In this document: positions 7,754 to 14,769 of the stretch, piece by piece
How the letters are laid out: each line of letters opens with the position of its first letter
Numbering within the stretch: the first letter of the stretch is position 1
Source of the DNA: a virus
Taxonomy: Duplodnaviria > Caudoviricetes
Reading direction: 5' to 3' (one strand)
IMG/VR virus record: IMGVR_UViG_3300032319_001071
Location: 20,498-84,497 of that record
Length of the DNA stretch: 64,000 nt
Notes under the pieces: model-generated
What the model was told of the DNA's origin: nothing
Databases searched by the model: none
The model's input: the letters and a program-made list of their open reading frames with translations, nothing else
Program-made: the position numbers and the translations under genes

Positions 7754-9685
7754 CTAACGCACCCCCCTCTCGCTTGGCCCCATCTCGTCGTCTTCGATTT
7801 CCCGAAGCAACTTCTTCACTTCCCGATCTTGCTTGCGAGCAAAGCCGGGAGGAAGCATGTCGTCATCGGTGCATTGCGCAGCCGCAAGGTACGACAGCGT
7901 CTCGGTACGGGCAGTATCAACACGATACAACTCGGTAGCGCGACGCAGGAACCCAGCAACATCGGATGTGAACTCTCGCTTTTGACGGCGAGCAAGGCTC
8001 ACGGCCTTTTCCACCAAGATGGAAAGGTTGGCTTGGGTGTACCAGCGCGTAGCATCTCCGATCACCTCGTCAGGAACCTCGCACTCTTCAGGACGAAGCC
8101 CCTGCTCGCGTTGCAGGATGTTCATGACAACCTGCAGCCGATCCTCTGGCATCATCGGCGGAAGCACCGGGATGATTGTCTGAAGGCGACGCTTCATGGC
8201 AGAGTCGATGTTGTCAGGACGATTGGTCGCGCCAACAAACAACAGACGCCCCTTGATATCGTCACGCTCCAGCCATGGCATCAGAATTGACAGCATCTTG
8301 CTGCCAACGCCAGACGTGTCAACGGAACCTCCGTCTCGGCTCGTCAGGGCCACGTCGATCTCATCGACAAACAGCATGCAAGGAAGATTGGCCTCAACCC
8401 AGTTGAGTACCTTCTGCAGTTGCTGCTCCGATTCGCCAACCCACTTGGATTGCGTGAGAGCGGGAGACCAATGCACACACTTGTATCCGAGTTCGTACGC
8501 AATCGCATACGCAAGGACGCTCTTGCCTGTGCCGGGAGGCCCAGCCTTCAAGATGTTGGCATTGCGACGACGCCCTTCGCGAAATTCCCCCAAGAACCAC
8601 TCGAGGTATTCCACCAAATATGGCGGGAAACCATAATCCCTTAGCCCCTTGGTCGGATTGATGACCGTGAGGTATTCGGAACCACCTTGACCCGCAAAGG
8701 TCTCGGAAATGGTCTCGTTGATGATGCGCTGGACCATGTCGCGGCTAAGGTTGCCATGACGCTCACCAGTGAGGCGCATGTCCTCAATGGCGCGAATGGT
8801 AAGCCCGCCAGTTGCTCCGGCTAGCCACGAGATTTGGCGCGTATCGGGCACATTGTCTCCGAAGTCGATACTTACGCGCTCCAAATATGAAGGAGTAAGA
8901 ACGCGCTCGGAAATGTACCACTCCCGTTCGTTGTACACCGGAAACCCAACATTGACAGGAATCCAGCCTGACGAGACACGCCCACGAGAGAGCGCATTGT
9001 TGACCTCTGGCTTCTCTTCGGTGATGCCGAAAAGAATGTGGCCAGTCCCTGCGGACTTCCACTTCTTGCCATGACCCCCAACGTTCTCGAAGTCCAGCCC
9101 CCACGAGCGAGCAAAAAGGACAGATTGAGTGAACATTTCACCCATGGTGTCCCATTCGCCACGAGGACAAATGGACTGAAACTCCTCGAGGATGACGCAC
9201 AGGCGGACATCTGTCTGCTGAAGTGCTTCATTCAAGAGAGGAATGGCAAGCGCGGGATTCTTGGATCGTTCCAAGATATCGCTCTTTTGGCCGCCGGAAA
9301 TTCCTCCTGCTGCATCAGAAGCACCGGAAAATCTTCCGCCACGGATTGCACCAACACCAGCCGCAGCATTGCCTGCCTGCGTCTTCTCAAGCAAAGCCTT
9401 GAACTTCTCGGCATCTGCAGCGCGTTTCTCGACCCCGCCAAGGAAACGGAATCCGTGAGCGCGATGATAGACCACGACAATGTCGAAATCCAATTGCGGA
9501 TGCTTGTTGGGGACAGTCTTGTTGCCGAAGATGTGGTAGATGTTGGCCTGCAGCGTGTAACTGCTCGCGTCAACATCATGGATGCCGGTACCGGACAAGA
9601 GGAAGGCATGGCCCTCTCCTGTCTGGTACTTGCGGACCACAGTGCGGAGCCATTCTGGACGGGGGGTCTCTTTGCCGTCTGCCAT
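7754..9685 (-). CDS. Classical-clade AAA+ ATPase with degenerate N-terminal AAA domain (Ycf46/SpoVK-like architecture)
   Basis: Walker A GPPGTGKS, pore loop SKWVGESE, Walker B LFVDEID, SRH GATNRPDNIDSAMKRR; N-terminal HAFLLSG...HD and CVILEEF relic motifs. Confidence 0.9.
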   Translation of the reverse strand: MADGKETPRPEWLRTVVRKYQTGEGHAFLLSGTGIHDVDASSYTLQANIYHIFGNKTVPNKHPQLDFDIVVVYHRAHGFRFLGGVEKRAADAEKFKALLEKTQAGNAAAGVGAIRGGRFSGASDAAGGISGGQKSDILERSKNPALAIPLLNEALQQTDVRLCVILEEFQSICPRGEWDTMGEMFTQSVLFARSWGLDFENVGGHGKKWKSAGTGHILFGITEEKPEVNNALSRGRVSSGWIPVNVGFPVYNEREWYISERVLTPSYLERVSIDFGDNVPDTRQISWLAGATGGLTIRAIEDMRLTGERHGNLSRDMVQRIINETISETFAGQGGSEYLTVINPTKGLRDYGFPPYLVEYLEWFLGEFREGRRRNANILKAGPPGTGKSVLAYAIAYELGYKCVHWSPALTQSKWVGESEQQLQKVLNWVEANLPCMLFVDEIDVALTSRDGGSVDTSGVGSKMLSILMPWLERDDIKGRLLFVGATNRPDNIDSAMKRRLQTIIPVLPPMMPEDRLQVVMNILQREQGLRPEECEVPDEVIGDATRWYTQANLSILVEKAVSLARRQKREFTSDVAGFLRRATELYRVDTARTETLSYLAAAQCTDDDMLPPGFARKQDREVKKLLREIEDDEMGPSERGVR

Positions 9686-9706
9686 AAGAGTAATCCTTTC
9701 GGAAAA

Positions 9707-10258
9707 TTAAGCCAGCAGTCCGCTGGCACGGGAGACTTGGCGCTTTGCCTCGTCATCAATGTCAAGTTTGACGACTTCGGCGGAAAGGCCCATCTGGCGG
9801 ATGCGTTCAATCACCCGTCCAAACTCGCCACCGGCTAACCATACACTATCATCGTGCAAGGCGTCAAGGAAGTCGATTTCAAATTCCAGCGTCTTGTACA
9901 CGACGACGCCAATGGTCGCGTTACGGGTCACGTCACGTGCATGGATAACCCACGTGCCCTCGTGATCAGGCTCGACCCACGCGTTCATTTCGTATCCCTC
10001 TGCCATGAGGGAATCAAAAATCTGACGGGCAACATACGTTTGCTGGTAACGCGTCTTTGCCTCATCCATTTTGCTTGGCTCGTCATTATAGGACGAAAGC
10101 ATCAGACCGCCAGAGCGACCAGCGCGAATGGAAAAGCCAAGAGGAAGAGACAGCCCAAGTCTCTCAATCATGTGTTCCCACATCTGGGCTGTCTGGGCAA
10201 CTTGTTCGGAAGTTGCATCCTTGATTGCCGTTTCGACGAGAATGTCATGGCAAGGCAT
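9707..10258 (-). CDS. Small AAA-ATPase partner, possible DUF1257-DUF2997-like fusion
   Basis: Start MPCHDILVETAIKD after AAAGGA; RYQQTYVARQIFDSLMAEGYEM..EGTWVIH then a beta-beta-alpha tail. Family call from memory of pattern and context only. Confidence 0.4.
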   Translation of the reverse strand: MPCHDILVETAIKDATSEQVAQTAQMWEHMIERLGLSLPLGFSIRAGRSGGLMLSSYNDEPSKMDEAKTRYQQTYVARQIFDSLMAEGYEMNAWVEPDHEGTWVIHARDVTRNATIGVVVYKTLEFEIDFLDALHDDSVWLAGGEFGRVIERIRQMGLSAEVVKLDIDDEAKRQVSRASGLLA

Positions 10259-10323
10259 AAGCGTAGTTCCTTTCATCAGCCAGCGTTGTGCTGACACAGG
10301 TATATCATGCCCTGTTTCGTCTG

Positions 10324-10890
10324 TCAAGTGGTTTCGGAAGAATTCCTCAAAACTGTCCGGATATCCTGTCCGTCAATTTCATTGCCTATCGTCAACCAGC
10401 CGGGTCGGGGCTTTCGTGCAAACAGTTCTGCCCGAGAAACATCACCAAAAAGACGTTCGGCGCGAAGGAAAAATTCCTCTGGCTTTTCCGAATGTCGTCC
10501 CACAGGAGCATTGATCCAGCGACGCACATCGGCATGCGCTCGAGAAAGACCTGTCCCCTTGGAAAGGAGCCAGCATTGCTCAGGATTCGCGCGAGTATAA
10601 TACCCGCCTCCCATGTGCAATGCTCCGGAGGGCTTTGTTTTTGTCCAATAGAACGCCACGGTTTTGAATTTCAATCCCCATGCATCAACCACGCTCATGC
10701 ACTGATCGAGCATTGGGTCAATCACCCAAAGAAGCACCACGGCGTTGGTGTCGAGAAAGTCGCGGATTGGCAATGTCCGCAATTCCTCAATGGTCATGCG
10801 GTCGTATTTGGGCGACCGATCTTCGCCTTTCGGAGAACGTGCGGACCAGAGCCAAGGCGGATCTATTGCAACCAGTTGTGGTTTTGTCAT
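10324..10890 (-). CDS. MT-A70 family N6-adenine methyltransferase
   Basis: AIDPPW, YDRMTIEELRTLP, VLLWV, WGLKFKT..FYWTK, HSEKPEEF, ELFARK..GW..GNE; ATGA-coupled to the upstream SLT gene. Confidence 0.9.
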   Translation of the reverse strand: MTKPQLVAIDPPWLWSARSPKGEDRSPKYDRMTIEELRTLPIRDFLDTNAVVLLWVIDPMLDQCMSVVDAWGLKFKTVAFYWTKTKPSGALHMGGGYYTRANPEQCWLLSKGTGLSRAHADVRRWINAPVGRHSEKPEEFFLRAERLFGDVSRAELFARKPRPGWLTIGNEIDGQDIRTVLRNSSETT

Positions 10891-11456
10891 CTCCGCAAAA
10901 GTGCCCACACCAAGGGGATGACGAAGAATGTCAGGCAAATCGCTGGGGGAGTTGGTGTCGGGGACACCTGATACGGAGAGACAGGCGTGGGGGTCGCCAT
11001 GATCGCTGTTTGTGTGGCCGGAACCTCTGTCGTCTTGACTGACACGGGAATGGCTTGCTGCTGACGGTCAGCGCGAAGTTGATCGGCATTGGCAAGGATC
11101 GGCCCAACATACCGACGCATTTCGTACTCCGGTACCCTGCCACCAAAGCCCATGACCGTTGGCGATCCCATGTGATATGCAGCCAAGGCCAATTTGTAAC
11201 TGTCGTCAAAAAGGTCAAGGTAGGATCGCATTAACTTGGCAGAATACTGGAGCGACGCAATCGGATCGCGAGGATTCACGCCCGGATGAAAGTTCGGCAT
11301 GATCTGGGCTATGCCAACTGCCCCGGCCCCACTGACCGCCATTGGGTTCCAATGACTCTCGGTGGTGATCATTGCGATAAAAATGTCGCCATCGATGTTG
11401 TTATTCTGCGCTGCGGTGCGAGCCACCTGCTGATAGAAGAGTGTCCATTTGTCCAT
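10887..11456 (-). CDS. Lytic transglycosylase (SLT) with Pro/Thr linker and C-terminal membrane anchor
   Basis: IAMITTESHWNPMAVSGAGAVGIAQIMP (catalytic E), ALAAYHMG; tail PTPTPPAICLTFFVIPLVWALLRR; GGGAGG RBS. Confidence 0.9.
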   Translation of the reverse strand: MDKWTLFYQQVARTAAQNNNIDGDIFIAMITTESHWNPMAVSGAGAVGIAQIMPNFHPGVNPRDPIASLQYSAKLMRSYLDLFDDSYKLALAAYHMGSPTVMGFGGRVPEYEMRRYVGPILANADQLRADRQQQAIPVSVKTTEVPATQTAIMATPTPVSPYQVSPTPTPPAICLTFFVIPLVWALLRR

Positions 11457-11486
11457 TGTTTGCCTCCCAAAAAATATGCATGTTGC

Positions 11487-12014
11487 TCATATTCCGTGAA
11501 CAACATGCTGCATGTCTCGATTTCCGAGATGCTTGATCCCGTTGATCGATTCCTGCAAATCGCGCTGAATCAACTTCAGTTTTTCCACCGTAGCGGAAAG
11601 TCGATTCAGTTTTCGTCGTGGCTCATCGCCGGGAGAGACGCTCAAGGACCGTACCACAGCCGGATACAGTTTGGCAAGAGCATCAAGGTTGCTCGTCGCC
11701 AACTCTCCGGCCGCTTTGGCGGCTTCGCCAGTCAACTTGTACTCGCTTCTAGAACCAAGCATCAGCATGATTTGCGAGGACAGTTCGTCACTTTGTGTCT
11801 GGAACTCGCTACGAAGTTCCAATGCATCAGCATACAACATGCCGATTCTGTGATTCAATGTCACCAATTTCCAAATGAAATCATGAGATTGAATAACATC
11901 CCGAAGATCAAGCCTGCTAAATTCGTAAAGCAAGGTACTTGCTTCCGAAATTGCCGGACTAATTTCTTTCTGAAACCACTGAACTACCGGATCAGTTTCA
12001 GAATCCTGAGTCAT
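11487..12014 (-). CDS. Hypothetical all-helical protein (weak UvsY-like resemblance)
   Basis: TAAGGA RBS; amphipathic helices; KLTGEAAKAA and terminal GIKH loosely recall UvsY. Function not supported. Confidence 0.6.
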   Translation of the reverse strand: MTQDSETDPVVQWFQKEISPAISEASTLLYEFSRLDLRDVIQSHDFIWKLVTLNHRIGMLYADALELRSEFQTQSDELSSQIMLMLGSRSEYKLTGEAAKAAGELATSNLDALAKLYPAVVRSLSVSPGDEPRRKLNRLSATVEKLKLIQRDLQESINGIKHLGNRDMQHVVHGI

Positions 12015-12076
12015 ACTAGTAATCCTTACGGTTTATATGAGAAACAAATCCGGTAAAGAATCTCTACCTGATTTAT

Positions 12077-12655
12077 TTATTTACGTAGATTACGGTTTAT
12101 ATATTCCGAATCTACCGGTAAGAGTACAACGGAAGGAGAAAATACGCCTTTCTTTTTGGCGTAATCCAAAGCAAACTCCACGTTTGAGCGGAGCAAGACC
12201 GAAGCAATGCTGTCGGTCATCGCCAACTCTACCAGACGCTGACCGGCATTGTCAACAGTGGTTGGCTCTGCACATGAGTGTTCGGCATTCCAGTCTCCGA
12301 AAATGCCCAAGGAAATCCAGTCTTTTTTTCCGGGGGTTTCTTCTCCATGCAATGCTTTATGATGATTTTTTTGAAAAAAATCGCCGCAAAGATATATATG
12401 GTTGGTGTACTCATCAATCAACCCGACAGATTGAGAGCGAGGTACAATATGATGAAGATCGAGGGGTCGATCATGACTGCCAATGGCAACACAATGCGGA
12501 TGAGCGCATTTGCGGTATCGACCTTGCTCACTTTCTTCGCGAGTAGATGAAACAGCAATCTTGAGAAGTTTCCGAAGCCGTTCCGGGTCACGATGGACCC
12601 GGAACTGTCGGGAAATCTGTTCTGCCTTGCTGTATTGACGGAGTGTTTCACCCAT
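12077..12655 (-). CDS. HNH endonuclease
   Basis: CAHPHC...DLHHIVPRS...NHIYLC...NHHKALH; overlaps the endolysin stop by 8 nt. Confidence 0.85.
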   Translation of the reverse strand: MGETLRQYSKAEQISRQFRVHRDPERLRKLLKIAVSSTREESEQGRYRKCAHPHCVAIGSHDRPLDLHHIVPRSQSVGLIDEYTNHIYLCGDFFQKNHHKALHGEETPGKKDWISLGIFGDWNAEHSCAEPTTVDNAGQRLVELAMTDSIASVLLRSNVEFALDYAKKKGVFSPSVVLLPVDSEYINRNLRK

Positions 12656-13385
12656 TAGCCAATTCGGATTTCAACGCACCGATCTGATTGATCCATCCTT
12701 CAACAGATGTCTCATTGGCGTTGAGACCTGCAATGATCCGCACCACCGCCTCTGCGTGATCAATGTAATTGATCTCACGAACAGCATCAAGTAACGCTTG
12801 ATATTTTGGCGCATCGTCGGTTGAAATGCCAAATTCTGCAAAAGGATCGATGGAGCCAAGGCACTTGCACTGCTCACACGAACCGCAATGTTCGTCATAA
12901 TCGGCACAAAATTGAATAGGATTCATATAGACGTTGTCAACTTGCTCCTTGGTTTTCAATTCACCCCCCCAATATCCCCATTCCATTGGATGTCCAAGTT
13001 TGACTTCAAAATGAAGGTGAGCAAATTGTTGGCCTCCGGATTTGCCGCATTTGCCAATTTCGTCTCCGCGTTTTACAGCAACACCGATGTCGCCTTGTCC
13101 GTAGATGAAACTGTCTGCATGCGCATAATGAACCCATTTGCCTTCATGAGGACCGGCAGACACTTCCCACCACTGATGATTGCCAAAGCCTCTGCCCGAG
13201 AATACGCTTGCACGTAGCACCATTGGGCAAACTGCAATCAACGGGGAACCTAAATCGGCATCACCTCCTCCTCCGCAGTTAAAATCGACACCGGCATGTA
13301 CAGAATTGGTGTAAGTACTCCAATCTCCATACTCCCATCCCCCCATGGTTGGATTATGCTGTGTAGCGTCACGAAGCGGGAACAT
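12648..13385 (-). CDS. Endolysin, M23 family zinc peptidase with helical C-terminal domain
   Basis: HAGVD, HYAH, GDEIGKCGKSG, HLHFEV; GGAGG RBS before MFPLRD at 13385; sits downstream of the holin. Confidence 0.9.
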   Translation of the reverse strand: MFPLRDATQHNPTMGGWEYGDWSTYTNSVHAGVDFNCGGGGDADLGSPLIAVCPMVLRASVFSGRGFGNHQWWEVSAGPHEGKWVHYAHADSFIYGQGDIGVAVKRGDEIGKCGKSGGQQFAHLHFEVKLGHPMEWGYWGGELKTKEQVDNVYMNPIQFCADYDEHCGSCEQCKCLGSIDPFAEFGISTDDAPKYQALLDAVREINYIDHAEAVVRIIAGLNANETSVEGWINQIGALKSELANG

Positions 13386-13581
13386 TGGTTTCCTCCTGTG
13401 ATGACTGAGTCTTCTTGGCATCTTCCACTTGCTGTTTCAATGCTCCAATTTCATTGATCCATGCCTCGATGGATGTTTCATTGGCGTTCAATCCCGCAAT
13501 AAGACGAATGACAGACTCTGCATGATTAATAAAATTTAATTCCTTGACTGCAGAAATCAAGGATTTTTCTGCATCACTCAT
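13369..13581 (-). CDS. Stand-alone paralogue of the endolysin C-terminal domain
   Basis: TAAGGAG RBS; 30/42 aa identical to the last ~50 aa of the endolysin (manual alignment). Confidence 0.85.
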   Translation of the reverse strand: MSDAEKSLISAVKELNFINHAESVIRLIAGLNANETSIEAWINEIGALKQQVEDAKKTQSSQEETNVPAS

Positions 13582-13645
13582 TGTTTTCTCCTTAATGTAA
13601 TGACCAAGTCTACCAGTGAAATTTCTTGCAAATACCCTTTTACTA

Positions 13646-13849
13646 CTACCGTTTAATCTTGTTGTTTCTTAGCAGCCACTTTTGAAATTCAAATCGCTTT
13701 TTCATGCTCTCATCAGTGTTAAACACATTGTGTGCTTCTTCATGTATCTTGTTGTTTGTCCAGATTGACTTGAGAGTTTCAAGTCGCTCGATATCATCCT
13801 CAGTTAATTCATTGACAGATAGGTCTCGAGGGGGGCGGACTGGCTTCAT
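13646..13849 (-). CDS. Small hypothetical protein
   Basis: ATGA-coupled to the holin; ends RFEFQKWLLRNNKIKR. Confidence 0.7.
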   Translation of the reverse strand: MKPVRPPRDLSVNELTEDDIERLETLKSIWTNNKIHEEAHNVFNTDESMKKRFEFQKWLLRNNKIKR

Positions 13850-14268
13850 GCAATTTTCCTTTTTGTGGTGTGTTTAAGGTCATGGACACAAGATTCTATC
13901 AAAACCCGAGCGGCCACAGAAGTAAAAAACTTGATGCTGTTTGCTTTGGAATATTCTTCAAGTACAGAATTGGCATAATCATATTTAACAGTATTGTCGC
14001 CTTTGTTGATAGTTTGCTCTGCGGTTTCAACGGCCATCTTGGCTATAAATGATAAATTATGCCATTCTGTGGCGGCTCGTTCAGAAACAAGTTTGTTCTG
14101 ATATGCACGCAACAAAAAGGGCACAAAAAATGCCACAGAACAAATTGCAAATGTTAAGGAAATATTAAGAACATCTTCAATAATAAATGAGATTAATTGC
14201 TGCTGTTCGGGAGAAAGAATGCCGAGTGTTGAGCCGCCTTGCACAAGGAGTGTAAGTGCTTTAATCAT
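13846..14268 (-). CDS. Holin, LL-H-like
   Basis: One N-terminal TM (VLNISLTFAICSVAFFVPFLL) then AVETAEQ...KYDYA...VLIESCVHDLK pattern; GGAGG RBS; upstream of the endolysin. Confidence 0.7.
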   Translation of the reverse strand: MIKALTLLVQGGSTLGILSPEQQQLISFIIEDVLNISLTFAICSVAFFVPFLLRAYQNKLVSERAATEWHNLSFIAKMAVETAEQTINKGDNTVKYDYANSVLEEYSKANSIKFFTSVAARVLIESCVHDLKHTTKRKIA

Positions 14269-14343
14269 GAGTATGCCTCCCTTGATACTTACAGTATCTC
14301 ATTTGACTACAACAACCAAAGCGCTTGAATTTTTTACAAAAAA

Positions 14344-14365
14344 AAGCACGGGATGTCCCGTGCTT
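14344..14365 (-). terminator. Intrinsic terminator closing the tail-gene transcript
   Basis: Inverted repeat AAGCACGGGA-TG-TCCCGTGCTT followed by a run of 8 T on the minus strand. Confidence 0.8.
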
Positions 14366-14391
14366 CGTGAGCAACGTGTCGGCAAAAACGT

Positions 14392-14757
14392 TTACGGTGT
14401 ATTTGCTTCGGCCTGCTTAGCGTTGACTGCTTCGAGGGAAATGTAGTACTTGCCCCACTTCTGTGATGCGGGAAATTCTTCCTCGATTGCCTTTTGGTCA
14501 TCGACTGCCTTGCGAAGACGCTCTGTTGCCGCAGTCAATCGCTGGTCATTGTTTCTCTTGCTTGCCAGACGAACCTCGGCTTGCGCCCGAATCTTTTCCC
14601 GTTCTGCATCGGCCCACAATTCTCCACCGTATTTGCCATCGGCCAATGTGTCCACAAACTGGTCATATTCCATCGGCTCGCCTGCGCCTTCGATTGGCAT
14701 GTCAGGTTCGTTCTCGACCTTGAAATCTGCATCCACGATATTGTTGTTTGACGCCAC
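14392..14757 (-). CDS. Hypothetical acidic protein (possible fibre assembly helper)
   Basis: GTG start with AAGGAG RBS; last gene before the terminator, after fibre genes. Confidence 0.7.
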   Translation of the reverse strand: MASNNNIVDADFKVENEPDMPIEGAGEPMEYDQFVDTLADGKYGGELWADAEREKIRAQAEVRLASKRNNDQRLTAATERLRKAVDDQKAIEEEFPASQKWGKYYISLEAVNAKQAEANTP

Positions 14758-14769
14758 GCTCTTCTCCTT

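Noticed and set aside
12028-12102. 13-bp direct repeat TTACGGTTTATAT
   Set aside because: One copy contains the RBS of the next gene and the other is coding; only two short copies in AT-rich sequence, so plausibly chance.
10324-12655. Restriction-modification pair (MT-A70 + HNH)
   Set aside because: The genes are separated by two unrelated genes, and the HNH lacks recognisable restriction-enzyme features; both commonly occur as orphans in phages.
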